A DNA stretch of 64,000 nt from an uncultured delta proteobacterium (lineage in GTDB: Bacteria; Myxococcota_A; Polyangia; Polyangiales; Polyangiaceae). Shown here piece by piece: positions 33,534-42,433 of the stretch. The first letter of the stretch is position 1; each line of letters opens with the position of its first letter. Made by a program: the position numbers and the translations under genes. The stretch covers positions 3,552,001 to 3,616,000 of the forward strand of contig CAWDXG010000004.1 of the NCBI GenBank assembly GCA_963806225.1, given 5' to 3'. The notes under the pieces are model-generated. The model saw only the letters and a program-made list of their open reading frames with translations. It was not told the origin of the DNA and searched no databases.

Positions 33534-35246
33534 TCAACCGCCGCCGCCGGCCGGAAGCGGCCGCGCGAAGATCCAGATCACGGGCACGCCGTCGTACACG
33601 CCCATGTGCGCCGGCACGTCGGTGCCGTAGTCCACCCACACCTGGTATTCGACGCGCTCCATGTGCGGCTCGTGATGGTAGAGCGCGGTGCTGGACGCTT
33701 CGATGTCCAGCGTCGGGCGGATGTCGCTGCGCACGCGGCCATCCGCGCGCAGCATGTCCCAGCTCTGCATCGCGGTGTCGTGCAGGAAGAGAGCGCCGTT
33801 CCTCGGCACATGCTCGTTCAGGTAGCCGGCCTCCGCGCCGGTCGTGTAGCCCCAGAAGGTGCGGTTCAGGCCCAGCGTGGCCGCGCCCGGTGCGCCGCCG
33901 ACCAGTGGTGTGTAGGCCGAAAGCCCCCACGGCTGCGAGTGCAGCGTTATCGCGATCGGCGCCGCGAGCACGCTCGCCCCCAGGACGACCTCGGTGGCGC
34001 GCGAGCGCACGAAGCCGGGGCCGAACCGCTGTCGTCCGAGCTCGCGGAGCCTGTCGAGCGTGAGCGAGAAGCCGCGCGCCGCGAACAGACACATGAACGG
34101 ATACGCCGTGATCCAGTGCTTGGTCCCGCCGAAGATCGGCGTGTGATGGGAGAGCCAGGGCGCATAGCTCATGAAGATCGAAAGCGCCCAGAGCACGTCG
34201 TTCGAATAGCGGCGGGGATCGCGCGTGTGCGGCTCGAGCCCGATGCTGCGCCCCAGCGCACCGAGCTTTCCGCCGTACGCGTACAGGAGGCTCGCCACGA
34301 GCCCGACCCCGAACAGAAGCAGCGTGGTCCCCGGCACCGTAGCCAGCGTCATCACCCACGGGTAGCCCAGCGGCATCGGCGGCTTCCAGTACGTGCGACC
34401 GAGGAACTCCATGTTGTAGTAGACGTGGCCCATGTGGAAGGCCACGTAGGCCGCCAGCCGCTTGCCGGTGTCATGCCAGATCCAGGGCCAGCCCAGGTAG
34501 AAGACAGCCGGCCCGATCGTCGCCATGGCAAACAGGGCGCTGGGCACGGGAATACGCCCTGCACGCAGATCCCGCCACAACTTGCCGCCCCGCGTGATGA
34601 CGAGATGCGCGATCAGGGCAAACGGCAGGAGCCACGAGTTGTGCTTCGTGTCGAGCAGAAGGCCGTACAGGATGCCCGTCGCGATCGGCCACGCCCAGCC
34701 GCCGCGCTCGAGCGAGCGCCAGTAGGCGTAGACCGTCACCAGCCACATCGACGCCACCGGCATGTCGAAGCAATCGAGATGCGAATGGTAGAAGACGCGC
34801 GGCATCATCGCGAGCAGCACGGCGGCGACCAGGCCCGCAAGCCTTCCAATCGCTTTCTGCCCCCACAGATAGGTGGTGGATACCGCCAGCGAGCTGACCA
34901 CCATGCCGGCAAAGCGCATGGAGGTGCCCTCCTCCGAAAACCAGTGCCAGTGTCGGTACAGGTACTTGTGCGACAGGGCGAACAGCGACTTCATCAGCGC
35001 CGGGTGCTCGTGGTTCGCCGACCAGTAGCGATCCACCGTGATCTGCTCGAGCGCCTGCTTGGGGTGCGTCGTCAGGAGGTCGAACCAGGCCCCGTAGCTC
35101 TTCGCCGCCTGGAAGTAGAACCCCTCGTCGCGCGCATAGCCGAGGTTCTTCACCGTCGAAAGGAGCAGCCACACGTAGGCCGCGCCGAGCGAGAGCGCGA
35201 TCAGCGGATCGATCGCCTTGGACAGGAAGCGTCGCGTGCGACTCAT
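33534..35246 (-). CDS. GT-C glycosyltransferase (ArnT/PMT, GT39/83-like)
   Basis: First-loop acidic motif ARDEGFY, EHPALMK, HSHLDCFD, LDTKHN; multiple TM helices. Confidence 0.8.
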   Translation of the reverse strand: MSRTRRFLSKAIDPLIALSLGAAYVWLLLSTVKNLGYARDEGFYFQAAKSYGAWFDLLTTHPKQALEQITVDRYWSANHEHPALMKSLFALSHKYLYRHWHWFSEEGTSMRFAGMVVSSLAVSTTYLWGQKAIGRLAGLVAAVLLAMMPRVFYHSHLDCFDMPVASMWLVTVYAYWRSLERGGWAWPIATGILYGLLLDTKHNSWLLPFALIAHLVITRGGKLWRDLRAGRIPVPSALFAMATIGPAVFYLGWPWIWHDTGKRLAAYVAFHMGHVYYNMEFLGRTYWKPPMPLGYPWVMTLATVPGTTLLLFGVGLVASLLYAYGGKLGALGRSIGLEPHTRDPRRYSNDVLWALSIFMSYAPWLSHHTPIFGGTKHWITAYPFMCLFAARGFSLTLDRLRELGRQRFGPGFVRSRATEVVLGASVLAAPIAITLHSQPWGLSAYTPLVGGAPGAATLGLNRTFWGYTTGAEAGYLNEHVPRNGALFLHDTAMQSWDMLRADGRVRSDIRPTLDIEASSTALYHHEPHMERVEYQVWVDYGTDVPAHMGVYDGVPVIWIFARPLPAGGGG

Positions 35247-36163
35247 CGTGTGTCCGCGTAGAAGCAGTAGCCGCGCTGATCGGGGTTATCGCTGCGCACC
35301 TCGAACTGGACGTCGGCGGTGTGACCGGCATGCGCGCCCGTCGACAGGTCGAAGCCTTTCCAGCCCTGCTGGTCGCGGTGCACGACGCGGCCGATGGTCT
35401 GGCCGTCGATCTTCACTGTCAGCTCGATCGGCGTGCCCGCCCCATCGCGCGTGAGCAGCCAGCTCAGCCCGCCGTAACCGTGGATGGTGCGGCCGACCGG
35501 CACGTTCCGGAAACGCACGACAGTCGGGCCGCCGGCGCCCGGGTGGGCCCAGATGCAGCGCCGCGGGCGGTAGTCCTGGTCGTCGATGATCGTGACGCCG
35601 ACGAACATGCTGTCACGCCGACCGCACTCGAAGCGGCGCGAAGGGAACGCCACGTGGCCGCCCAGCCCGCCGGTGCTGCGCCGCGCGCGGGGATTCCAGG
35701 AACACGTCCGCCGCGTCGCACCTAGCTGTTGGTAGGACTCGGCGTGCCCCGAGTCGACGTGGTCGACGAAGTTGAAGAGCACCTTCGCCGGCTTGGGGTT
35801 TTCCAGCACCCGGTAGTTGAAGCGCCCGGCTTGCTTCTCTTCCACGGTGCGCCAGCCCGAAAGCTCCGGCGCGTGCTGGCCGAGGATGCCGACTTCGATG
35901 GCCCGCCTGTACGCCGTATCGTCCGGACGCGCCTCGTCCCGCATCGGCATCAGTCCCTGGCCGAACGCAAGCCGCGCCAGCGGGTCGGCCCAGTGCGGCG
36001 CGACCACCACCAACTCGCCATGTCGCTTCAGCCCGGCCAGCGTCGCTCTCTGCGCCTGCCAGTCGCCCTGCCGCGGTGCACGCCCCGCAAAGTCGAAATG
36101 CCCCGCGAGCTCCGCCAGACCCAGAACGGGCACGGCCAGCCAGAGATAGCGCGCGGGAGGCAT
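35243..36163 (-). CDS. Membrane-anchored protein with C-terminal beta-sandwich (possible carbohydrate-binding module)
   Basis: N-terminal hydrophobic anchor; RRCIWAHP..FRNVP..GGL..IELTVKIDG; ATGA overlap with the GT gene. Confidence 0.6.
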   Translation of the reverse strand: MPPARYLWLAVPVLGLAELAGHFDFAGRAPRQGDWQAQRATLAGLKRHGELVVVAPHWADPLARLAFGQGLMPMRDEARPDDTAYRRAIEVGILGQHAPELSGWRTVEEKQAGRFNYRVLENPKPAKVLFNFVDHVDSGHAESYQQLGATRRTCSWNPRARRSTGGLGGHVAFPSRRFECGRRDSMFVGVTIIDDQDYRPRRCIWAHPGAGGPTVVRFRNVPVGRTIHGYGGLSWLLTRDGAGTPIELTVKIDGQTIGRVVHRDQQGWKGFDLSTGAHAGHTADVQFEVRSDNPDQRGYCFYADTR

Positions 36164-36230
36164 CGGGGCCGAGCCTGCCACAATTCTGCACCGGGAATCA
36201 TTCCCGGGACGTGAGGTATAACCGCGGACC

Positions 36231-37835
36231 ATGCCGGGCCGGGTCCGCGCCGCACTCGCCGCTCTCCTGAGGAGCGCGCATGCCGACCCGATCAGGGCTC
36301 TGGGCTGGCTGGTGGCGGCGATCGCCACGGTCTACGTCGTGGTCTACCCGTTCGCGGTCGTCCACTTCCCGCCGATGACGGATCTGCCGTTCCACGCGGC
36401 GCAGATGTCCGTCTTCCGGCACTACGACGATCCGGCGTGGCACTTCCAGGAGCAGTTCACGCTGCACCCGCTCCAGGTGCCGTACATCAGCGCCTATCTG
36501 ATCGGCGCGGCGCTCTCCTTCATCATGCCCGTCACGTGGGCCGCCAAGGGCATGGCCATCAGCATGCTGCTGCTCCTGCCTGCGGGGCTGGCAGTGCTGT
36601 TCCACGGCATGAGGAAGAGTCCGCTGTGGGGCCTTGTGGGCCTGGGCTTCGTGTGGAGCAACATGTCGCACTTCGGCTTCCTCAACTTCGTCGGTGCGAC
36701 GGGGCTGTATGCCGCCTGCGTCGGCTGCACGCTGCTCGCGCTCGATCGCCCGTCGCGGCGCCACCAGATCGCGCTCGGTGTGGCGCTCGCCGCCCTGTTC
36801 TTCACGCACGTCTACCGATTTCCGTTCGCGCTTCTCGCCATCGTGGCCACCACCGCAGTGATGTACCCGGCCACACGCCGCGTCCGTCCGGTCGCCATCC
36901 CCTGGCTCTCGGCCACGGCCCTGTTCGGCGTGTGGATGCTCGCCCGTCCGCCCGCGCTCAGGGCGGGCCTGGGGCACCTGTCATTCCACACGGAACGTTT
37001 CCACGAGCTGCCGGGCTACCTGTTCAAGAACTATCGCGGCGCCACCGGCACCGAGGAGCGTCACATCGCTTTCGGCATGCTCGCGGTGTTCATCGCGCTG
37101 CTCCTGATCTCGGCGATCCTGGCGGTGCGGCGCTGGCGTGCGACTGAGCACGACGCCTCCGATCGCCGCTGGGCCGTCGGCGTCACCGTGCTCCCGCTTC
37201 TGCTCGCCGCCGGGCATCTGTTCGCCTATTTCGTGCTGCCGATGGGGATGGGCGTGTGGTGGTACATCTTCCCGCGCGAAGCGCTCGGCACGGCTTTCAT
37301 CCTGGTCGCGGTCGTGCCCGACCTCCCCTCGCAGCAGTGGCTGCGCCTCGGCGCCGTCACGGCCATCGCCTTCGCTACCGGCGACATGGGCTACCTCGTC
37401 GCGCGGCAGTGGCATGACTTCGACCAGCTCACCTGGGACTTCCGGGCGATCATGGCCGAGGTCCCGCCCGCGCCGAAGCTCTTCTATCTGGTCTACGACC
37501 ACAGCGGCACCGACCGCATCCGCTCACCCTTCACCCATCTGCCGGCCTGGGTGCAGGCGGAGAAGGGCGGCTGGCTGGGCTTCCATTTCGCGATGTGGGG
37601 CACCTACCCCGTCCGCTACCGCAAGGGCGGCGTGGTTCCGCCACGGGTCCCGGACGACTGGGAGTTCACGCCCCAGTACTTCCAGGTGAAGAAGCAGGGC
37701 GTCTGGTTCGACACCTTCCTGGTGCGACACCACATCGATCCCCACCAACTCTTCGATCCCGATCCCAGCATCCACCTCGTCGCCCAGCGCGGCACCTGGT
37801 GGCTGTACCGGCGGAAACGGCAACACGGCAGATAG
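36231..37835 (+). CDS. Polytopic membrane protein, putative GT-C glycosyltransferase (paralog of 31244..32827)
   Basis: PPMTDLPFH, GFLNF, FFTHV, PFTHLPAWVQAEKGG, PPRVPDDWE. Confidence 0.6.
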   Translation: MPGRVRAALAALLRSAHADPIRALGWLVAAIATVYVVVYPFAVVHFPPMTDLPFHAAQMSVFRHYDDPAWHFQEQFTLHPLQVPYISAYLIGAALSFIMPVTWAAKGMAISMLLLLPAGLAVLFHGMRKSPLWGLVGLGFVWSNMSHFGFLNFVGATGLYAACVGCTLLALDRPSRRHQIALGVALAALFFTHVYRFPFALLAIVATTAVMYPATRRVRPVAIPWLSATALFGVWMLARPPALRAGLGHLSFHTERFHELPGYLFKNYRGATGTEERHIAFGMLAVFIALLLISAILAVRRWRATEHDASDRRWAVGVTVLPLLLAAGHLFAYFVLPMGMGVWWYIFPREALGTAFILVAVVPDLPSQQWLRLGAVTAIAFATGDMGYLVARQWHDFDQLTWDFRAIMAEVPPAPKLFYLVYDHSGTDRIRSPFTHLPAWVQAEKGGWLGFHFAMWGTYPVRYRKGGVVPPRVPDDWEFTPQYFQVKKQGVWFDTFLVRHHIDPHQLFDPDPSIHLVAQRGTWWLYRRKRQHGR

Positions 37836-37971
37836 CCGACCGCCCGGGCGCAGCCGCTGCACCCCGCCCAGGGCGCGAACGAAGCGGATGCGCAGCGCGG
37901 ACGGGCAAGTGCGCGACCTTGCAGGGCCGGCACGCGCCATGCACCGCACTGCCCGACCAGAAGGGGGACCC

Positions 37972-38217
37972 ATGCGATACGACGAACTCACCGTGCGCGT
38001 GGTGCAGGCCGGGCTGGGCGTGGTCACCTCGCCGGAGGACAGCGCCGGGGTCGACGGCGGCAGGGGCGGCAACCCGTTCAAGCCGGTCAGAACCAGCCCG
38101 GAGCCCGACGCCGGCGCGCTGGAGCCGCCCGCGGCTCGAGTGAATCCCGGCGTCACACAGGCATCACGCCTTCCGGAGGCTCCGCTGCTCCTGAGCCGAC
38201 CCAATCGCTGTGGATAA
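37972..38217 (+). CDS. Possible small protein (81 aa)
   Basis: AAGGGGG RBS; sigma54-like CGGCACGCGCCATGCA at 37928-37943; no recognisable domain. Confidence 0.3.
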   Translation: MRYDELTVRVVQAGLGVVTSPEDSAGVDGGRGGNPFKPVRTSPEPDAGALEPPAARVNPGVTQASRLPEAPLLLSRPNRCG

Positions 38218-38317
38218 CTTGCGGATAGATTCGAGTGTGCGTACAGATGAGAAGCACGCCCTCCGGCCCCCGCCCGGCTCGCGTCCCAACCCAAATCGCG
38301 CCTTTTCTGGATTTCGT

Positions 38318-38373
38318 TACTGCAGTACTGAAATTTCAGATCTGAAAGATTGTGGCGCTTGATTGCAGTCAAG
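38318..38373. promoter_or_regulatory. AT-rich cluster of palindromes (candidate enhancer/operator)
   Basis: TACTGCAGTA 38318-27, CAGTACTG 38323-30, CTGAAATTTCAG 38328-39, TTTCAGATCTGAAA 38334-47, near-palindrome CTTGATTGCAGTCAAG 38358-73. Confidence 0.55.
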
Positions 38374-38399
38374 TGCCTGACGCAGCGCGTGATCCGGTA

Positions 38400-38415
38400 T
38401 GGAACGGGTCCTGCA
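38400..38415 (+). promoter_or_regulatory. Sigma54 promoter of the candidate sRNA
   Basis: TGGAACGGGTCCTGCA: GG at 38401-02 and GC at 38413-14, exact -24/-12 spacing. Confidence 0.65.
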
Positions 38416-38424
38416 CCATCAGTG

Positions 38425-38530
38425 GCTGGTGGTAGCCAAGGAAGGCTCAAGAGCTGACCAGCTACTGCCGAAATCTCCGCACAGCGGTTACGACGTTCCC
38501 CCCCCTCCGTCGTAGCCGCTGTGTTTTTTT
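38425..38530 (+). ncRNA. Candidate sigma54-dependent small RNA (Pxr-like architecture)
   Basis: Non-coding ~105 nt between the promoter and a terminator; 5' stem GCTGGT/ACCAGC enclosing AGCC-AAGGAA-GGCT; 3' hairpin with a C8 loop. Confidence 0.65.
38480..38530 (+). terminator. Intrinsic terminator with C-rich loop
   Basis: 16-bp stem CACAGCGGTTACGACG / CGTCGTAGCCGCTGTG (one G-U pair), loop TTCCCCCCCCTC, then T7. Confidence 0.9.
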
Positions 38531-38631
38531 GTGCTCCGGCTGGGCAACGGGAAGGCCGGATGTCACTTTTTGCCCTCGCCGGATGCGACGCCGGGTAGGT
38601 TTCCGCCCGCGTCGCGCCGTGCCGCGCGCCC

Positions 38632-39234
38632 ATGGCCATGAGCTACGCAGAACAGTACTTCGCCGAAGCCACCCGCATCCTCGAACAGCTCGACGCGAAC
38701 GGCGTGGAGCAGCTGGTCGCGTTGCTCGCCCAGCTGCGCGACCGCGGCGGGCGCCTGTTCATCCTGGGTGTCGGCGGCGGCGCCGGACACGCCTCCCACG
38801 CGGTCAACGACTTCCGGAAGATCTGCGGCATCGAGGCCTACACGCCGACGGACAACGTCTCGGAGCTGACCGCGCGCGTGAACGACGACGGTTGGGAGTC
38901 CAGCTTCAGCGAATGGCTCAAGGTCAGCCGCCTCGCACAGAAGGACATGTTGCTCGTGTTTTCGGTCGGCGGCGGCAACCTGGAGAAGAACGTGAGCGCA
39001 AACCTCGTGCGCGCGCTGGGGCTCGCCAAGGAGGTGGGCGCGAGCGTGGGCGGCGTGGTGGGCCGCGACGGCGGCTACACCGCCAAGGTCGCCGACGCTT
39101 GTGTGGTCGTGCCCACGGTGAATGCCGAATCGGTGACGCCGCATACCGAAGCATTCCAGGCCGTAGTCTGGCACCTGATGGTCTCCCACCCGTCGCTGCA
39201 GAAGAACGCGATGAAGTGGGAAAGCGTCAAGTAG
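38632..39234 (+). CDS. gmhA: Sedoheptulose-7-phosphate isomerase (SIS domain)
   Basis: LFILGVGGGAGHASHAVND, TARVNDDGW, FSVGGG, NLVRAL, GRDGG, TEAFQ..H; context with hddA/hddC. Confidence 0.8.
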   Translation: MAMSYAEQYFAEATRILEQLDANGVEQLVALLAQLRDRGGRLFILGVGGGAGHASHAVNDFRKICGIEAYTPTDNVSELTARVNDDGWESSFSEWLKVSRLAQKDMLLVFSVGGGNLEKNVSANLVRALGLAKEVGASVGGVVGRDGGYTAKVADACVVVPTVNAESVTPHTEAFQAVVWHLMVSHPSLQKNAMKWESVK

Positions 39235-39283
39235 GGCGGACGTTCTTGCCAAATCGACGACGCCGGATCACGATGCCGGCGTC

Positions 39284-40249
39284 ATGAGCAACGACGGCGG
39301 GCAGACGCGCTACTTCGTCGCAGGCGGCGCCGGCTTCATCGGCAGCCACCTGGTCGACAGGCTGGTCGAGCGCGGACCGGTGACGGTCTACGACAACCTG
39401 AGCATCGGCAAGCGCGAGTTCATCGGCAAGCATCTCGAGTCCGGTGCCTGCAAGCTGGTCGTCGACGAGCTTTCGGATCTGGATGCCGTGACCGAAGCGA
39501 TGCGGGATCACGACGTCGTGTTCCATCTCGCCGCCAATCCCGAGGCGCGCTGGGGGCTGGACAACCCCCGGCTCGATCTCGAACAGGGCACAATCGCGAC
39601 CTGGAACGTGCTCGAGGCCATGCACCGCACGAAGACGCCGCGCCTGGTGTTCTCCTCGTCGGGCACCATGTACGGCGACACGGCCGCTTTCTGCGCGGAG
39701 ATGGACCTCGGGCACCTGCCGATCTCGCTCTACGGGGCCAGCAAGTTCGCGGGCGAAGCGCTGGTGAGCGCCTATTCGGAGTGTTTCGGCGTCCAGGGCT
39801 ACATCTACCGCTTCGGCAACGTGGTGGGGCCGCGAGGCACACACGGTGCTGCGCTCGACTTCCTGAAAAAGCTTCAGGCGACGGAAGGCCGCGAGCTGGA
39901 AGTGCTGGGCGACGGCAGCCAGGCCAAGCCCTACGTTTTCGTGACGGACTGCGTGGACGCGATGCTGTTCGGGCTCGACAACGCGAACGAGCGGCTCAAC
40001 GTGTTCAACATCGCGCCGCCGGACTACACGTCTGTGCGCCGCATCGCCGAGCTGTGTGTGGCCCTGTCGCCCTACCGCGACGCCCAGATCCGCTACACCG
40101 GAGGCACGCGGGGCTGGCCGGGGGACGTGCCGCAGTCGCGAATCGATCCCGGCAAGCTCGCGGACCTGGGCTGGCGCGTATCGAAGACCAGCGACGAGGC
40201 CGTGGAGGCGGCGATCAAGGCGCTGGTCCGCGAGGTATTTCCAGCCTAG
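39284..40249 (+). CDS. NAD-dependent nucleotide-sugar epimerase/dehydratase
   Basis: GGAGFIGSH, HLAAN, FSSSG, YGASK, RFGNVVGP, LGDGSQ. Confidence 0.92.
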   Translation: MSNDGGQTRYFVAGGAGFIGSHLVDRLVERGPVTVYDNLSIGKREFIGKHLESGACKLVVDELSDLDAVTEAMRDHDVVFHLAANPEARWGLDNPRLDLEQGTIATWNVLEAMHRTKTPRLVFSSSGTMYGDTAAFCAEMDLGHLPISLYGASKFAGEALVSAYSECFGVQGYIYRFGNVVGPRGTHGAALDFLKKLQATEGRELEVLGDGSQAKPYVFVTDCVDAMLFGLDNANERLNVFNIAPPDYTSVRRIAELCVALSPYRDAQIRYTGGTRGWPGDVPQSRIDPGKLADLGWRVSKTSDEAVEAAIKALVREVFPA

Positions 40250-41108
40250 CGAGCGCCGGAATCGCGCCGCGTGCCATGCGGAAGTATTCAACGTCCGACT
40301 CGACGCCGACCGCTTCATAGCCGACGGCTGCGGCAGCAGCGAGCGTGGAGCCCGAGCCCGCGAACGGATCCAGCACCACGCCGCTTCCGAGCGGCAGCGC
40401 GGCGCGCACGACCTGCCTGAGGAAAGCCTGCGGCTTGAGGCTAGGGTGCGCCGCGAGCGCTCGCTCCGCCGCGCGCGTCGGATGCGACTGGATCACGTCG
40501 CCGAAGGGCTTGTCGTCCGAGATGCGCCGGAGCGCTCCAGTCCCCCAGCGGCGCAGGTTGTCCTGCACACGACCCTCGAACGGCTTGCGGTACAGAAGCC
40601 ACGGTTCCCACATCGAGCGCGGCATCACGCTCACGTCGGGGAAGTCGCGGTGCGCGTTCTTGGGACGATCCCCTCCGCGCATGGTCATGACCAGCCGCAC
40701 GATCTCGCCCCGGCGTTCGAGCCCCGCCTCGGCTAGCGCCGCGCTGACCAGGTACGAGAGCAACGGATTGGAGGCGACCAGCACGTGCGCGCCGGGGACC
40801 AGTACAGGTGACAGGGCTACCGCCCAGTCACGGAAGAACGCACCAAGCCGCTCGCGGTCGCGCGGACGGAGCGTGGTGAAGCGCGGCAGCGGCGAGCGCC
40901 GGTGCCCGTCGTACGAGGGCGGGATGCGCCACACGCCGCCCCGGCCGCGGCGCAGCTTGTCCTGCTGTTCGGGGTGATACTCGACCAGGCCATAGGGAGG
41001 ATCGGTGACCACCGCGTGCACGGAGGTCTTCGGCTGCTTCGCGAGCCAGTCGATGCAATCGGCATGATAGAGCCGCACGCTTTCGTAGTTGTACGGGGCG
41101 CGGGCCAT
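40215..41108 (-). CDS. Orphan DNA methyltransferase, N4-C/N6-A, beta class
   Basis: Catalytic VVTDPPY precedes HPSLKP and the SAM motif VLDPFAGSGST. Confidence 0.9.
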   Translation of the reverse strand: MARAPYNYESVRLYHADCIDWLAKQPKTSVHAVVTDPPYGLVEYHPEQQDKLRRGRGGVWRIPPSYDGHRRSPLPRFTTLRPRDRERLGAFFRDWAVALSPVLVPGAHVLVASNPLLSYLVSAALAEAGLERRGEIVRLVMTMRGGDRPKNAHRDFPDVSVMPRSMWEPWLLYRKPFEGRVQDNLRRWGTGALRRISDDKPFGDVIQSHPTRAAERALAAHPSLKPQAFLRQVVRAALPLGSGVVLDPFAGSGSTLAAAAAVGYEAVGVESDVEYFRMARGAIPALARLEIPRGPAP

Positions 41109-41112
41109 GCCG

Positions 41113-42327
41113 TCAGCCGGAGACGGCCAGGCGCTTCCAGTCGGAGAGCACCTCGAGCAGGCGTCCGATGTCGTCGGCGTTGTTGTACAGGTGGCTGGAA
41201 ACGCGCACGCCACCGACGCCGGACGTGTAGCGAACCGAGACGAGCACCTGCGCCGAGAGCAGCCGTTCCATGAGCGCAACGTTCGCCGCCGCGTCGCCGA
41301 CGCTGAAGGTGACGATCCCCGAGCGGTGCTCCGGTGCGCGCGGCGTGACCACGTCGATACCGAGCCGGTCGAGCCCCTCGACGAGCTGGTCGGTCAGCGC
41401 GCGGACGTGTTCGGCGATAGCGGCAGTGCCGGCGTCACGGATGAGCTGGATCGACGCACCCAGCGCGATCGCACCCGGATAGTTCGCGGTGCCGCCGATC
41501 TCCCAGGCGCGCGCTTCCCGCGTGAAGGCGTAGTCCCGAACCGGCGTGATGGACGGCGTCTGGAAGTACTCGCCCCAGCCCCCCTCGGGCGGCTCGACCG
41601 CGAGATAGCCGGCGAGCGGCTCACGGAGCTCGCTCTGCCGCTCGCGGCAGAGATACGCGAAACCGCACCCGAACGGCGAATTGAGCCATTTGTGCCCGCC
41701 GCACAAGAGCAGGTCGATCGGTGTGCGCCCCACGTCGATCGGCATCGCGCCCAGCTGCTGGATCGCATCGACCACGAACCATACGCCGCGCTCGCGGCAG
41801 AGCGCGCCGATGGCGTCGAGATCCGCACGGAAACCGTTCGACCACTGCACGGAGCTCAGCACCAGCACCCGCGTGCGCGGCCCCATCAGCGGCGCGAGCT
41901 GATCGACGCCGACAGTTCCGCCCTCATGGCGCGCTACGTCGATGCCGATCCCCCGCCGCTCCGCGAGCTGGACCCACGGCACGCCCACCTGCATGAACTC
42001 GAGGTCACACAGGAGCACGCGGTCGCCGTCGGACAGGGGCAGCGACTGGGCGGCGATCGAAAAGCCGTGGGTCGTGCTCTCGACCAGCGCGATCTCGTCA
42101 TCGCTCGCGCCGATCAGCGCGGCAGCCTGGGGACGCGCTGCGCTGCGGAGCTCGTCCATCGCGATGTGGTGCAGCGTGCTCGAAGCCGATGGGCAGTACA
42201 GGGTGCGGTCGAGGAAGGCCCGGACCGCATCCGTCGCGGCCCGCGGCGCAAGACTCACGCAGGCCGCATCCAGAAACGTCCGATCGGCGAGGGCCGGGAA
42301 CTGTTGACGGATACCGGCAGGTAGCAT
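41113..42327 (-). CDS. PLP-dependent class V aminotransferase-fold enzyme
   Basis: FLDAAC, ESTTHG, VDAIQQLG, GGHKWL, EIGGT, RVSSHLYN; no desulfurase catalytic-Cys loop seen. Confidence 0.88.
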   Translation of the reverse strand: MLPAGIRQQFPALADRTFLDAACVSLAPRAATDAVRAFLDRTLYCPSASSTLHHIAMDELRSAARPQAAALIGASDDEIALVESTTHGFSIAAQSLPLSDGDRVLLCDLEFMQVGVPWVQLAERRGIGIDVARHEGGTVGVDQLAPLMGPRTRVLVLSSVQWSNGFRADLDAIGALCRERGVWFVVDAIQQLGAMPIDVGRTPIDLLLCGGHKWLNSPFGCGFAYLCRERQSELREPLAGYLAVEPPEGGWGEYFQTPSITPVRDYAFTREARAWEIGGTANYPGAIALGASIQLIRDAGTAAIAEHVRALTDQLVEGLDRLGIDVVTPRAPEHRSGIVTFSVGDAAANVALMERLLSAQVLVSVRYTSGVGGVRVSSHLYNNADDIGRLLEVLSDWKRLAVSG

Positions 42328-42433
42328 GACGGGGCCGAGGCTAGACCACTGTGGGCCCGGACCGAACCCGGAGCGGGCGATAATCGTCCCGCCGGACTCG
42401 TCCAGCCCCGGGCGAGAGGCTAGGATAGGCGGG

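Noticed and set aside
38200..38400. Possible oriC (DnaA box plus AT-rich tract)
   Set aside because: Only one perfect box and no dnaA/dnaN/gidA context; better explained as a promoter region.
41113..42327. DndA/IscS-type phosphorothioation component
   Set aside because: No catalytic Cys loop (SVRYTSGVGG at that position) and no dnd/ssp genes.
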